Below the pieces are notes generated by a model. That model was not told the origin of the DNA. It searched no databases and saw only the letters and a list, made by a program, of their open reading frames with translations. A stretch of DNA of 64,000 nucleotides from positions 1 through 64,000 of the forward strand of contig CAXXLQ010000001.1 in NCBI GenBank assembly GCA_963668695.2. The letters are read 5' to 3'. Positions 1-10,270 of this stretch are shown in pieces. Made by a program: the position numbers and the translations under genes. The stretch comes from Vicinamibacteria bacterium. GTDB taxonomy: Bacteria > Acidobacteriota > Vicinamibacteria > Marinacidobacterales > Marinacidobacteraceae. Position 1 is the first letter of the stretch, and each line of letters begins with the position of its first letter.

Positions 1-426
1 GTCACCGGTCTGCCGACCGTGGAGCTCTATGCCTCGTCCAGCGCGGTCGACACCGACTGGACAGTGACGCTAACCGACGTGTTCCCGGACGGCTACTCGC
101 TGACGCTCCGTCAGAACATCCTGCGCGCGCGCTATCGGGAAGGCGACGAGGCGCCGGTCCTGATGACCCCCGGCGAGGTCTACAAGTTCGCCATCGAGAT
201 GTATCCCATCTCGAACCTCTTCAAGGCGGGCCACCGCATCCGGTTGACGGTGTCGAGCAGCTCGTTCCCGAAGTGGTATCCCAACGGGAACACCGGCAGG
301 GAGATGGACGAGGACATGCCGGTGGTGGTTGCGGAGAACAGCATCTATCACGATGCCGAGCATCCTTCGAAGGTCATCCTGCCCATCATTCCCGCGGGAT
401 CGTCGTCGGACGGGGCGCGGCGGTAA
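1..426 (+). CDS. CocE/NonD family hydrolase, C-terminal domain (5' part outside the window)
   Basis: Frame open from base 1; motifs VELYASSSAVDTDWTVTLTDVFPDG and FKAGHRIRLTVSSSSFP are typical of the PepX_C/CocE C-terminal domain. Confidence 0.85.
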   Translation, partial: VTGLPTVELYASSSAVDTDWTVTLTDVFPDGYSLTLRQNILRARYREGDEAPVLMTPGEVYKFAIEMYPISNLFKAGHRIRLTVSSSSFPKWYPNGNTGREMDEDMPVVVAENSIYHDAEHPSKVILPIIPAGSSSDGARR

Positions 427-440
427 CGCGGTAACGCCGA

Positions 441-1478
441 CTAGGGGACTGGCGCGCCGACGCGATCGTTGCGCGCCAGGACCCGGCCGTCGGGCCCGAA
501 TCGCGAAGGGCACCGAGCGGTTGTCGGGGTCCCAAAGGTCAGGGTGGGTCTGCACCTGGAGATGAAGGTGCGGCATCGTCGTGTTCCCCGAGTTTCCGGC
601 GAGCGCCAGCGGATCTCCCTTCCGGACCCGGTCGCCTTCGCTGACCCGGAGCGTCCCGTGCCGGAGATGCGCCAGAACGACGAAGAAACCGGTGTCGAGT
701 TCGATGACGATGACGTTCCCCGCCGCGTCGGCGAGCTCGGTCACGAAGTTCGCGCCGCCTGCGTCTTCCATCTCGTCGCGGGCGACGACCACCGTGCCGT
801 CGCGGGCGACACCAGCGGCTGCTCCCAGCTATGGACCGTCGCATTCGCATCGCCCGGATCGCCGGTGAAAATCCGGCCGTCTTCCAACCGGACGAGATCG
901 AGGGCGAACCGCTGGTTGTAGGCCGCGAGATGGTGGCTCTGCAGGGGACTGTTACCACCCTGCAACACGAGCCACTCCCCCGCGAACGGGGGAGCGATCT
1001 GTAGTGCGGCGGCCGGTCCCCCGACAAAGGCGCGACCAAGATCGAATGCCAGGACCAGGGCGCCCGCCGCCATGACGAGGGTGGCCCCGGCGTTCGTCCG
1101 GCGCGGGACGAGGAAGGATGCCGCGACCCGAAGCAGGCCGACGACGATCATCCCGGCGAGCAGGGTGGTCAACTCCGCCGACCGGGGGAAAACCGCGATG
1201 CACGCGACGGCGGCCGCCGCCCAGAAGCTCGCCCGCCCCACCGCCTGGACGAAGTAGGGCCGATTCTCGGATCCACGAAGTCCCCGCAGCAGCCCCGGAT
1301 GAAGGCGCCCCTTCCGCGCCCACCAGATTCGGCTCGCGATCGCCCAGACGGAGCCGAGCAGCAGCACGAGCGCGAGCGCCTGGTGGCTGTAGAGACCAAC
1401 GAAACGGAGGGAAAACAGGGCCCCGAGACCCAGCGCCGTCAGCAGGGTCGTGACGACCCGGTAAGCGTGCTTCCTCAT
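441..1478 (-). pseudogene. Membrane-anchored M23 family peptidase with two apparent frameshifts (~800 and ~500)
   Basis: ORF 741..1478 has TM helices then RFALDL...VSPA; ORF 70..792 continues GNVIVIEL...LAHL...GNSGNTTMPHLHLQ (M23 HxH); a third frame ends FGPDGRVLARND...TAG at 441. Could be sequencing errors. Confidence 0.7.
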
Positions 1479-1556
1479 CCGGTCAGCGGATCATGAGCGA
1501 AGCGTCGGCGACGGCCACCGCCAGCCGAGGAAGCCGGCGGTGGGGTACAGGAGTAC

Positions 1557-2114
1557 CTACGGCCAGAGCCAGCCGAAGACGCCCCCGGTGAGCAGCGCGT
1601 AGACCAAGCCGTCCGCCATCGTGCGCAGCGTGTAACCACAGCTCCGTCCCCACCAGATGGAAGCCTGCAGGATGGCGAGCGAATACCCGGCGAAGCTGAC
1701 CGCGGCGACCACCCGGAACACGTCGCCGTACGCCGCCCCGATTCCGAGGGTCATCCCCGCCACGTAGGCGGCGAAGCCCCCGACGACCAGCGAATAGCCG
1801 AACCACATCCCGAGGCTTTTGCCCATATTCATGGGTTCGTTCGGAAGCACGGTCAGGATCGCCACCGGTCCCTCCTTGGTCTTCTGGATGAATTCGGGGG
1901 ACGCCATTTCTTTCGCGTCCGCGCCGTGGGGCATCGCGTAGTCGCCGGGCGGGATCTGGAACGGCCGCAGCGCGTCGGCGACCCGGCGCTCGTCGGGAAT
2001 CGCCCCCATGTCCTTCTTGTGGAAGCCCAGCATCATGTGGATCACCGAACTGGCGATGAACACGAGGGCGGCCGCGATGAGGATCGGCAGCCAGAGGGAG
2101 AGGACGGTCATCAT
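1557..2114 (-). CDS. Hypothetical integral membrane protein
   Basis: 185 aa, about 4 hydrophobic helices, GGAG RBS upstream. Confidence 0.75.
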   Translation of the reverse strand: MMTVLSLWLPILIAAALVFIASSVIHMMLGFHKKDMGAIPDERRVADALRPFQIPPGDYAMPHGADAKEMASPEFIQKTKEGPVAILTVLPNEPMNMGKSLGMWFGYSLVVGGFAAYVAGMTLGIGAAYGDVFRVVAAVSFAGYSLAILQASIWWGRSCGYTLRTMADGLVYALLTGGVFGWLWP

Positions 2115-2293
2115 GGGGGGGGTCTCCTGGCGGGTGAGGCGCTTGTGTCTGCGGGGATTACGACCGCAGTTTCTTGGGGTTGCGGATCATGTCACCGGCG
2201 TTTCGGCCATTCCTACTGGTCCGATCAACCGGGGCAAGCTCAGAGGCTGGCGCTCCGCTGTCGCGCGCCGTCCGGGTTGTCGGCGGTGCCTTA

Positions 2294-2510
2294 GCAGCCT
2301 GTGGTGGAACCCGGGTGAGCGCCGAGCCCGGTGAGGCCCAGTTCTCCCGGTGGGGGCCCGGCTGACAAGGCGCGTGAGGGAGGAATACCTGGTGTATTTC
2401 GACCGAAACGCAACGCAGAACGGAGCGAAGCGGAGTGGTTCAGCCGGGATGGATCGCCGGGCGAGCCCCCACCGGGAGAACTGGGCCGCCTGGGTTTCAC
2501 CACAGGCTGC
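2294..2510. mobile_element. MITE copy 1 (217 bp)
   Basis: Terminal inverted repeats GCAGCCTGTGGTGGAACC / GGTTTCACCACAGGCTGC, flanked by TA on both sides; homologous to 12713..12948 and 44300..44622. Confidence 0.85.
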
Positions 2511-3610
2511 TAGCCCCGCGAAGCCCGCTGGGCGCGCAGCCGCGCAACCACCAGCGGCCGGGCGATCTCGTTGAAGGCGAGCAGGAGTGCGTCGAGCTGC
2601 ATCCGCTTGTTGCCGTAGGAGCGGTACATGTTGCGGTCGGTCTCCTCGACGAGGAGCAGCGCCTCCGCGAAAGCGCTCCCGGGCGCGAGTTCGGCGATCT
2701 TCCGCAGGTGTCCGGCATCGCCGGAGACCGCCGCGCTCTCGGAACAAAGAGCCGCCAGATCGCGAAGGGTGGCGCGGAGCAGCACCAGAACGGTCTGCAG
2801 TTCATCGATGTGGCCCGCCTTCCGGCTGCGGGGAGAGGCCTTCATGAGTCGTTCGGTCAGCGCCGTCCGCGCCGGCGGCGCGATGCCCCGGCCGACGATC
2901 ACGGCCATCCGTTCGGCCTCCTCGGCGAGCGGCAACAGCCGGTCGCGCGGCAGCGCGAGCGCCCGCGCGAGGTCGCCGCGGGCGGCGGCCGCGGCGACCA
3001 CCGCTTCTTCCGGCGGGTAGTCGTGCGCCTCCTGCAGCCGCGCGGCGACCGCCGGCGTGGTGGGCGCCGCGAAGCGCCAGCGCTGGCAGCGGGAGACGAT
3101 CGTGGGGAGGAGCGCCGCCTCCCGGGTGGCGCAAAGAATCAGCCCGAGCCACGGATGCGGCTCTTCGAGCGTCTTGAGGAGCGCGTTGGCGGCCGGGGGG
3201 TTCATGGTGTCCGCGGCCTCGATCACCAGGACGCGCCGCCGCCCTTCGAAGGGATGGGTTCGCACCGCGGCGATCGCCTGGCGGACCTCGTCCACCCGGA
3301 TCGGCTTGCCGCTCTCGGGCCTCAGGATCCGAACATCCGGGTAGGGCCCGCCCGCCGGACCGGTCCCGCGGCCGGCCTCTCCGCCCGTGCGGAACGCCGA
3401 GTCCGTCCCCACGATGCGTTGGTGGAGCACGCGGGTGGCCTCGGACTCCGGGTCCCGGTCGGAACTGTTCACGATGGCCGAGAGCGCGATCGCCGCCTCC
3501 ACCGTGGGGGCGCCGGAAGGCCCGCTCAGCAGGAGGCTTTGCGGCAGCCGGCCGCTCGCGGCAAGCCCGGCCAACCGCGGGAACGGCGCGGGGATCGGAA
3601 ACCCGGACAC
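2510..3610 (-). CDS. holB: DNA polymerase III delta' subunit
   Basis: PDVRIL, IRVDEVR, VIEAADTMNPPAANALLKTLEEP, LLPTIVSRCQ; directly downstream of tmk. Confidence 0.9.
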   Translation of the reverse strand: MSGFPIPAPFPRLAGLAASGRLPQSLLLSGPSGAPTVEAAIALSAIVNSSDRDPESEATRVLHQRIVGTDSAFRTGGEAGRGTGPAGGPYPDVRILRPESGKPIRVDEVRQAIAAVRTHPFEGRRRVLVIEAADTMNPPAANALLKTLEEPHPWLGLILCATREAALLPTIVSRCQRWRFAAPTTPAVAARLQEAHDYPPEEAVVAAAAARGDLARALALPRDRLLPLAEEAERMAVIVGRGIAPPARTALTERLMKASPRSRKAGHIDELQTVLVLLRATLRDLAALCSESAAVSGDAGHLRKIAELAPGSAFAEALLLVEETDRNMYRSYGNKRMQLDALLLAFNEIARPLVVARLRAQRASRG

Positions 3611-3614
3611 CGCG

Positions 3615-4262
3615 TCAGCCCTTCCTTTCCGATCGGGCGGCGACCGTTGCCCAGGCCGCCTCGAACACTTCGTCGGGGCTCTGATACCCCCGGATCACGA
3701 CGACCCGCTCCGGTTCCTCGCGCGCGATCCGGAGGAAACTCTCGCGGACGTGGTGGTGGAACCGCTCGGCCTCCTGCTCGATCCGGTCGGTTCCCTTGAG
3801 GCGCGCGAAACCGGCGGCGACCGGCAGATCCAGCACCAGCGTGAGGTGCGGGCGGAAGCCTCCGGTGACCGCCTGGTCCACCGCCAGGATCTGTTCCACC
3901 GGCAGACCCCGGCCCCCGCCCTGGTAAGCGATCGTCGAATCGGTGAAGCGATCGGAGATCACCACCTCGCCCCGGAGGAGCGCCGGGCGGATCACCTCGG
4001 CGATGTTCTGCGCCCGGGCCGCGAAAAAGAGCGCGAGTTCGGTTTCGGGGGCGAGCGGTCCGCCGGTGTGCAGCAGCAGTTGCCGGATGACTTTCCCGGC
4101 GGCGGTGCCGCCCGGTTCGCGGGTCAGCGTGACCCGGCGCCCTTCGCGGCGCAGCCGCGTGCCGAGACGCTGGGCCAACGTGGACTTCCCGGCGCCATCA
4201 ACCCCCTCGACGGTCAGGAACAGCGCCGAATCCGGGAGCCCGGATCCCGCGTTTCCCGACAA
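3615..4262 (-). CDS. tmk: Thymidylate kinase
   Basis: EGVDGAGKST P-loop, TREPGGT, DRFTDSTIAYQGGGRG. Confidence 0.95.
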   Translation of the reverse strand: MSGNAGSGLPDSALFLTVEGVDGAGKSTLAQRLGTRLRREGRRVTLTREPGGTAAGKVIRQLLLHTGGPLAPETELALFFAARAQNIAEVIRPALLRGEVVISDRFTDSTIAYQGGGRGLPVEQILAVDQAVTGGFRPHLTLVLDLPVAAGFARLKGTDRIEQEAERFHHHVRESFLRIAREEPERVVVIRGYQSPDEVFEAAWATVAARSERKG

Positions 4263-4323
4263 ATTCGAAGAAAAGCTCGAAACGGGCTTACGACCGGGCC
4301 GGTGGGGCGGCTACCGGCCAGCC

Positions 4324-4848
4324 CTACCGGAACGTGGGGTTGAAGATCGGGACGTTCGAGCCGCACATCCGCTCGCGCGCGGAGCGTTCCCAGACCTCCC
4401 GCGGCACCGAGGGTCCCTCGGTCTCGCAGTGCGCCTCGAACGCGGCAGTCAGGTTGGCCGCGACCATGTCCGGAGCCATCCGTTCGATGTGCCGCCGTTC
4501 GAGCATGTGGATCAACTGGCCGTCCTTGAAGAGCGCGATGGCCGGGGACGACGGCGGGACGTCGGTCATGTAGCCGCGGGCGCGGTCGGTCGCATCGCGG
4601 TCCACCCCGGCGAAGACCGTCCCCATCTGGTCCGGGATCCGGGTGTGCTGGAGCGCCATGGTGACGCCGGGCCGTGCGGAGCCGGCGGCGCAGCCGCAGA
4701 CCGAGTTGACCACCACGAGGGCGGTTCCGGGCTTCGCCAGCATCTCGTCCACGTCTTCGGCATGATGGAGCGGCGTCACCCGGCAGTCGGAGAGTTCCTC
4801 CCACATGGGGCGAACGGCGTCGGGGTCATAGAGAGGGGGAAGCGGCAT
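4324..4848 (-). CDS. BrxA/BrxB (YphP/YqiW) family bacilliredoxin
   Basis: VVNSVCGCAAGSARPG, TVFAGVD, PPSSPAIALFKDG signature. Confidence 0.9.
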   Translation of the reverse strand: MPLPPLYDPDAVRPMWEELSDCRVTPLHHAEDVDEMLAKPGTALVVVNSVCGCAAGSARPGVTMALQHTRIPDQMGTVFAGVDRDATDRARGYMTDVPPSSPAIALFKDGQLIHMLERRHIERMAPDMVAANLTAAFEAHCETEGPSVPREVWERSARERMCGSNVPIFNPTFR

Positions 4849-4905
4849 GTGGAATCTCCTGGGGAAATCTCCTGGGTGGGCGCAACCCGGAAGGATACCG
4901 TCCGC

Positions 4906-6846
4906 TCAGTTACCGGCGGCGGCCGGCTCGCCGAGCGAGAACGCGACCAGTTTGTTGCCGGTGCCGCGTCCCACGGCGACCACCACGAACTGGACTCCCT
5001 CGGGGGATTCGTAGGTCATGGGGTTCGCGTAGGAACTGGCTCCGAGCGGGTGGGCCCACAGCTCTTCACCGGTGGTCTTGTCGATGGCGAAGAGGTGGTC
5101 GGCGCCTCCCGTGAAGAAGACGAGCCCGCCTCCGGTGACCATGGGTCCCGGGGCGCCCACGACCCCGAGCCGCTCGTCCCCGATTTCCACGCCCGCGAGC
5201 GCCTGGTGATCGCGGACGAGCGGGTTGTTGCCCGCGGGGACCTGGAAGAGGTGCTCCCCGGTGTTCAGATCGATCGCGGTGATCGTGCCGTACGGCGGCT
5301 TGTTGATCGGCAGCCCGTTCGGGAGGTTCAGCGACCGGCGGGCCCGGTCCAGCCCGTAGCGGCCTTCGGTCTGGTCGGGGTTGGCTTCGGTGATGGCGAG
5401 CAGCGCGGGGAACTCGTTGGCCTTGATGTAGATCACTCCGGTTTCGGGATCGGCCGCCGCTCCGCCCCAGTTCGCACCGCCGAGGATGCCGGGACTGGCG
5501 ATCGTCCCTTCGATCGAGGGCGGGTTGTAGAGGCCCCCCATCCGGTACTTACGGACGATTTCGAGCGCCTCCTCCCGGAGCTCCGGGGTGAACGCGATCA
5601 CGTCCTCCTCGGTGAAACCCTGTTTCGCGAAGGGTGCCGGGCGGGTGGGGAAGGGCTGGGTCGCGGCCGTCCGCTCGCCGGGGACATCGCTTGCCGGGAC
5701 CGCGCGGTCCTCGATGGGCCAGACCGGTTCGCCGGTCACCCGGTCGAAGACATAGACGAACCCGGTCTTCGCCGGGGCCGCGACCGCGTCGATCTCCCGG
5801 CCGTCCACGTTGATGGTGAGCAGGGTGGGCGCTGCCGGCAGGTCGTAGTCCCACAGACCGTGGCGCACGGTCTGGAAGTGCCAGACCCGCTCGCCGGTCG
5901 AGGCGTCGAGACAGACGATGGCCTCGGCGTAGAGGTTGTCACCGAGGCGCATCCCCCCGTAGTAGTCGTTGCTCGGCGTCCCTACCGGCAGGTAGATCAG
6001 ACCCCGTTCGGCGTCGAGCGACATGGGCGCCCAGACGTTCGTGTGCCCCACCCGGTCCCAGGATCCGTCCTCCCAGGTGTCGTTTCCGAACTCGCCGGGC
6101 TGCGGGATCAGGTTGAAGGACCAGACCAGCTCGCCGGTACGGGTGCTGAACGCCTGCACGTTGCCCGGCGGATCGCGTTCGTAGACGAAGCGGTCCCAGA
6201 CGCCGTTCCCGAGGATCACCAGGTCCTCGAAGACGACCGGAGGCGAGGTCTGGGTGTAGTGGAGGCGGTTGATGGGCCACAGGAGTTGCGCCGTGAGGTC
6301 GATCTCGCCGCCGTCCCCGAACGAGGGATCGGGTTCCCCGGTGACGGTATCGATGGAGATGAGCCGCCAGCGGCTGTTCAGGAAGACCCGCCGCTTGCCG
6401 TCACCGTCCTCCCAGAGCGCGACCCCCCGGTGGACGAATCCGGTGCCGTTCGGGACCTGCCCCCACTCGGTGATCCGGGGGTCGTAGGTCCACTCGACTT
6501 CGCCGGTGTCCGGGTTCAGGGCGACGACTTTGTTATAGGCGGTGCTGACGTACATGACCCCGTCACGGACGACCGGGGTGTTCTCGAAACTGCCCGGGCG
6601 CACGGGGTTGTCGGGGACGGGCAGCCGGGGCCCGCTGAGCGGACCCTCGCCGGTATCCCACTCCCAGGCGAACTTCAGGTTGGCCACGTTCTCCCGATTC
6701 ACCTGGGCGAGCGGGGAGTAGTGCATCGACCCCGGGTCGCCACCCCAACTCGGCCATTCGACGCGGGCGGCGGCGCCGGGAGCCTCCTGGGCGGAGGATT
6801 CGGCCGCGAAGGCGGCGAGGAACAAAAGGACGGCGAGTCGGGTCAT
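4906..6846 (-). CDS. PQQ-dependent dehydrogenase (glucose/quinate type), secreted
   Basis: Signal peptide; HYSPLAQVN, HRGVALW, HGLWDYDLPAAP, GGANWGG, PPYGTITAIDL, ANPMTY. Confidence 0.9.
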   Translation of the reverse strand: MTRLAVLLFLAAFAAESSAQEAPGAAARVEWPSWGGDPGSMHYSPLAQVNRENVANLKFAWEWDTGEGPLSGPRLPVPDNPVRPGSFENTPVVRDGVMYVSTAYNKVVALNPDTGEVEWTYDPRITEWGQVPNGTGFVHRGVALWEDGDGKRRVFLNSRWRLISIDTVTGEPDPSFGDGGEIDLTAQLLWPINRLHYTQTSPPVVFEDLVILGNGVWDRFVYERDPPGNVQAFSTRTGELVWSFNLIPQPGEFGNDTWEDGSWDRVGHTNVWAPMSLDAERGLIYLPVGTPSNDYYGGMRLGDNLYAEAIVCLDASTGERVWHFQTVRHGLWDYDLPAAPTLLTINVDGREIDAVAAPAKTGFVYVFDRVTGEPVWPIEDRAVPASDVPGERTAATQPFPTRPAPFAKQGFTEEDVIAFTPELREEALEIVRKYRMGGLYNPPSIEGTIASPGILGGANWGGAAADPETGVIYIKANEFPALLAITEANPDQTEGRYGLDRARRSLNLPNGLPINKPPYGTITAIDLNTGEHLFQVPAGNNPLVRDHQALAGVEIGDERLGVVGAPGPMVTGGGLVFFTGGADHLFAIDKTTGEELWAHPLGASSYANPMTYESPEGVQFVVVAVGRGTGNKLVAFSLGEPAAAGN

Positions 6847-6893
6847 GAGGGTGGATTATCGGGGAGGGGTTGGCCCGTTCGACGAGATCTGCA

Positions 6894-7304
6894 TCAGCTC
6901 TCCTCTGGAGGCGCAAGCAATCGCAGCGACGGAAAATAGGTCCGGTAGCGGCGCGCGTCCCTGGTGATGAGTGTCAGATCGGCCACGACCGCGTGGGCCC
7001 CGATGTAGAAGTCAGGCAGCGGGGACCGCCGTCTCCCGCCCGCTCGCCGGTAGCGCTCGTAGGCGCGCGATGCCGGAAACGCGGCGTCATACGGCAGCGA
7101 CCGCCTCTCGATGTCGAGCTGTTGCAACCAGCGATCCAGGGCTTGGGCATCGGCGAAATCGAGCGCCACCTCCGCGTAGATGATCGGGTTGATGGAGACG
7201 TTTCCTTCCGCGAGGGCGTCTTCCAGCACGCGTTCCGACCAATCCCGCCACGTCGTGTCGTTCGTGGAGATGTCGAGCAAGACGTTTGCGTCCGCGAGGA
7301 ACAC
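6894..7304 (-). CDS. VapC-type PIN domain toxin
   Basis: LADANVLLD...IIYAE...PLPDFYIGAHA...LITRD. Confidence 0.9.
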   Translation of the reverse strand: MFLADANVLLDISTNDTTWRDWSERVLEDALAEGNVSINPIIYAEVALDFADAQALDRWLQQLDIERRSLPYDAAFPASRAYERYRRAGGRRRSPLPDFYIGAHAVVADLTLITRDARRYRTYFPSLRLLAPPEES

Positions 7305-7535
7305 TCAGTCCTCTCCCCGCGTCATTCGCATGATGTCGTCCGTGGTCCGGTTGCCTGTTCCGGCTCCCCGAGCCCGGCGAATGCGCTCCCGGACCAGCCC
7401 GCGGCGGCTCAATCGGGAGCGCAGGACAACGCAGTCCTCACCGGCCTCGAAGATCACTTCCGTGTTGGGGAGGAGGCCGTATGCCTGCCGGAGCCGCTGC
7501 GGGATCGTGACCTGTCCTTTTTCCGTAATTTTCAT
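7305..7535 (-). CDS. AbrB/MazE-type antitoxin (VapB)
   Basis: MKITEKGQVTIPQRLR motif; abuts the PIN toxin; true start is ATG 7535, not the extended ORF. Confidence 0.85.
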   Translation of the reverse strand: MKITEKGQVTIPQRLRQAYGLLPNTEVIFEAGEDCVVLRSRLSRRGLVRERIRRARGAGTGNRTTDDIMRMTRGED

Positions 7536-7663
7536 GGTAAGAAAGTCTAACCGCGACAGTCTTACCAACGCTGCGGGGAAGGCAGGGGAACGCCGACCCC
7601 CGGCCAGTTGCTGTGAAAATGCAGTCGCCCGGGACGCCGACAACCCGGATGGCGCGCAGGCAA

Positions 7664-7727
7664 GGGAACGCCGGCCAGTCCTCCCGGTGGGGGCCTTCAG
7701 ACCGGCACCGCGCGGGAGCGCGAAACC
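7664..7727 (+). repeat. REP-like double hairpin interrupted by the 20-bp motif (7675..7694)
   Basis: GGGAACGCCGG[20-mer]CTTCAGACCGGCA, compared with intact copies at 20987 and 42995. Confidence 0.75.
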
Positions 7728-7923
7728 AGCGCCGATGACGTTGCGCCATGGCAAGTTGACGGCCGCGTCTTTTTCATGACGGGCGAGGGTGTGCAGGAGG
7801 ACCCGATCATGAGGGTTTCTCCCCGTGGGGGCCGGCACAGCCCGCCGCGGGTGGGCGGAGCGCGAGTTCCTTCCTCTCCTGATGGCGCCGGCTGCGTTTC
7901 GTCCCGAGAGCCATCATTCCCGC

Positions 7924-8561
7924 ATGAAACAGCTCCAGGAAGACTTGTGGCAGAGCACGATCCACCGTGCCGGCATGCTCAACACCCACGCCTATTTCCT
8001 CGAACGTCCGGCCGGCAACATCCTCTTCTACAACACCGGCGACGAAGACGATCTGCGGCACATCTCCGAGCGGGGCGGCATTGCCTGGCAGCTCCTCACC
8101 CACCGGGATGAGGCCGGTCCGTCTCAAGCGCGGATCAGAGACCGGTTCGGGTGCAAACTCGGCTGCAGCGCCATCGAGGCCCCGTTCGTCGGGGTGCACG
8201 GCGAGCCCGATGTGCTGTTCGGTCCGAGCGACAACCGGATCGAGGATGTGGCGATCATCCATACACCGGGGCACACGGATGGCAGCATCTGTTTCCTCTA
8301 CAGGTCGCCGCACGGCAAGTCGTATCTCTTCAGCGGCGACACGATCTTCCAATGGGACGGAGAGTGGTCCACATTGGTGCTCCCCCATTCCGGCGGCAGC
8401 GCGGCTGATCTGGCTCGAAGCCTGTCGAAGCTCAAGGAGATCGGTCCGGACATCGTGATGAGCAGCGGTTTCGTCGGCGAGGTGGCGTACCGGGAGGTGA
8501 CGCGCGAGGAGTGGACGGCGTCCTCGACGACAGGATCGCCGGCCTCGGTGCTGCCCCGTGA
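7924..8561 (+). CDS. Metallo-beta-lactamase fold hydrolase; probable frameshift near 8520
   Basis: LLTHRDEAG, HTPGHTDGS, LFSGDT motifs; an alternative frame gives VLDDRIAGLGAAP-stop at 8561, while the called ORF runs on into the next gene. Confidence 0.75.
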
Positions 8562-8660
8562 AGCGGCCCAACGCAGGATGCCGCGGGCCCCTGGCGGATG
8601 CCTGCGCGTCGAGGGTTGCGCCGCTTGCCGCCTCGTCTACCGCCACCTAAGATCGCCGGA

Positions 8661-9641
8661 ATGGAAGGGATGGGACCGAAGGGCGCGGCGCTGCTCGAGC
8701 GGCAGGGCGACGACCCCCCGCTCTCCGAGTTGGAGTTTCCCGGCTGCTACCTGCGGCCGATGACGTTCTCGGAATACGAGGACCACGAAGGCCGCGTCGA
8801 GTTCTTCGACTCCCGCGCCGGCCTCGCCTGCCTGGCGAGCGAGGCGGCGCATTTCGCGCACGAGATGCCGCTGCGCATGCTGGGGCCGCTGCTGGAACGG
8901 ATCGCCCAGATGCGGGGATCGCCGATCGTCTTCTGCGGCCAGGCTGAGATCCGGCGGGTGCTTACTGGCTCCGAGGGAACGCGCCACATCCAGCCGGACG
9001 AGATGGTGTTCCTGGACCCGGCTCGGCTGGACCGGATGGCTTCGCCGTATTTGAACGCAGGGGAGGACCCGTATCCCGACGTGGTGGTGGAGGTGGACAG
9101 CACGACGGATGTGCGGAGGAATCGGCTGAAGCTGTATGAGGCTTGGGGGTTTCCGGAGGTCTGGGTGGAGGTACCGGACGCGTATGCGCCGAGCCGACCT
9201 GCGGGACTCCAATCGGGGCTCCGGATTTACTTGCTGGAAGGGGGTCGGTACGCGCCGTCGGAGGCGAGCCGAGCGTTTCCGGGCTGGCGGGCGGCGGAGA
9301 TCCACGGTGCGCTGAACGAGCGGGTCATCTCGGAAGAGACCTCGGAGATCCTGTCGCGGGTGGGCCGTGCGCTGGGCGAACGGGAGGGCACGGGGCCGGA
9401 CGACGACCCCCTGCTCCGCGAGCAGCGCGCCGAGGGACGCGCGCAAGGCGCCGGCAGGATGGCCCGCGCGCTCCTCCGGCAGCGGGGCGTCGCGGTCCCT
9501 GCCGACTTCCCTGCCGACTTTCCCGCCGGGCGTCACCTCAGCGCCCTCCGTTCGACGCCCGAAGACCGGCTCCTTTCCGCCGCGTCCACTGCGGTGAACT
9601 TCGCCGACTTCCTCTCCCGGCTCGACTCCCCCGAACACTGA
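8661..9641 (+). CDS. Uma2 (DUF820) family putative endonuclease
   Basis: QPDEMVF...PDVVVEVDST...LYEAWGFPEVW motif. Confidence 0.8.
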   Translation: MEGMGPKGAALLERQGDDPPLSELEFPGCYLRPMTFSEYEDHEGRVEFFDSRAGLACLASEAAHFAHEMPLRMLGPLLERIAQMRGSPIVFCGQAEIRRVLTGSEGTRHIQPDEMVFLDPARLDRMASPYLNAGEDPYPDVVVEVDSTTDVRRNRLKLYEAWGFPEVWVEVPDAYAPSRPAGLQSGLRIYLLEGGRYAPSEASRAFPGWRAAEIHGALNERVISEETSEILSRVGRALGEREGTGPDDDPLLREQRAEGRAQGAGRMARALLRQRGVAVPADFPADFPAGRHLSALRSTPEDRLLSAASTAVNFADFLSRLDSPEH

Positions 9642-9781
9642 CCCGCCGCTCGCAACGCCGAAAGCGGATTGCGGGGGTTCTGGCGTCCGCACCACCACGA
9701 CCCGACCGGCGCTGGGGCCTGTTGGTAACCTGATGGTCGGAGGAAGCGTTCACCAACCGGGTACCTGGCATCTGCGAGCCG

Positions 9782-10198
9782 TTGAAGGACAGGTCCACTC
9801 GGCGCGCGTGCATCGTTGTGGGTCGGCTTGATGCGATTGAGCACGAAAGCGGCAAGTTTGAACTCGTCCTCGATCAGGGAGGAGGGCTTACCGGACGGTT
9901 GGACCCGGACGCCTCGGATAGCCAGGTGCTTTCGTCTCTCCAAGGCCAACAGGTCACGGTCATGGGCGCCATTCGCTTTGCGCCGGCTGGACAGCTCCAG
10001 TTTGTCGAGGCTCGGCGAATGACCACTCGAGTCTCCGGCGACGATGTCTTCGGCGAGTTGCCGTCCACAGACGCGGGCAAGCCCTGGGGTGCGCTCCCCG
10101 GTCCCTCTCCGTCGGACGACTACGCGAGACCCCGTGATCTCGTGGGCGCTTGGCCCGGTGACGAGCCGGTGGAAGAGTTGCTGGCCCTTCTCGACTGA
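9782..10198 (+). CDS. Hypothetical protein (start uncertain)
   Basis: 138-aa ORF with protein-like composition, ending GAWPGDEPVEELLALLD. Confidence 0.5.
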   Translation: MKDRSTRRACIVVGRLDAIEHESGKFELVLDQGGGLTGRLDPDASDSQVLSSLQGQQVTVMGAIRFAPAGQLQFVEARRMTTRVSGDDVFGELPSTDAGKPWGALPGPSPSDDYARPRDLVGAWPGDEPVEELLALLD

Positions 10199-10270
10199 GC
10201 GGCAACCCGAATGAAGGCTCGGGCGATTCGCCTCCTTTGACGCCTCGACCGTGGGTATAGTTGGGCGCCG

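Noticed and set aside
2187-2747. ORFs with recurring peptides QFSRWG / PHRENW / PTGRTG (also ~12.4-13.5 kb and ~44.0-44.8 kb) as a transposase or repeat-protein family
   Set aside because: They are translations of the non-coding MITE and 20-bp motif; no DDE or HUH motifs
3943-6939. 998-aa plus-strand ORF (likewise 35239..37926, 38494..42384, 58659..60707, 61391..63415)
   Set aside because: Antisense shadow ORFs of real genes, expected at high GC; no family motifs
7816-7832. TTTCTCCCCGTGGGGGC as a fifteenth copy of the 20-bp motif
   Set aside because: Lacks the CCAG end and has an internal mismatch; could be chance at this GC content, so not counted
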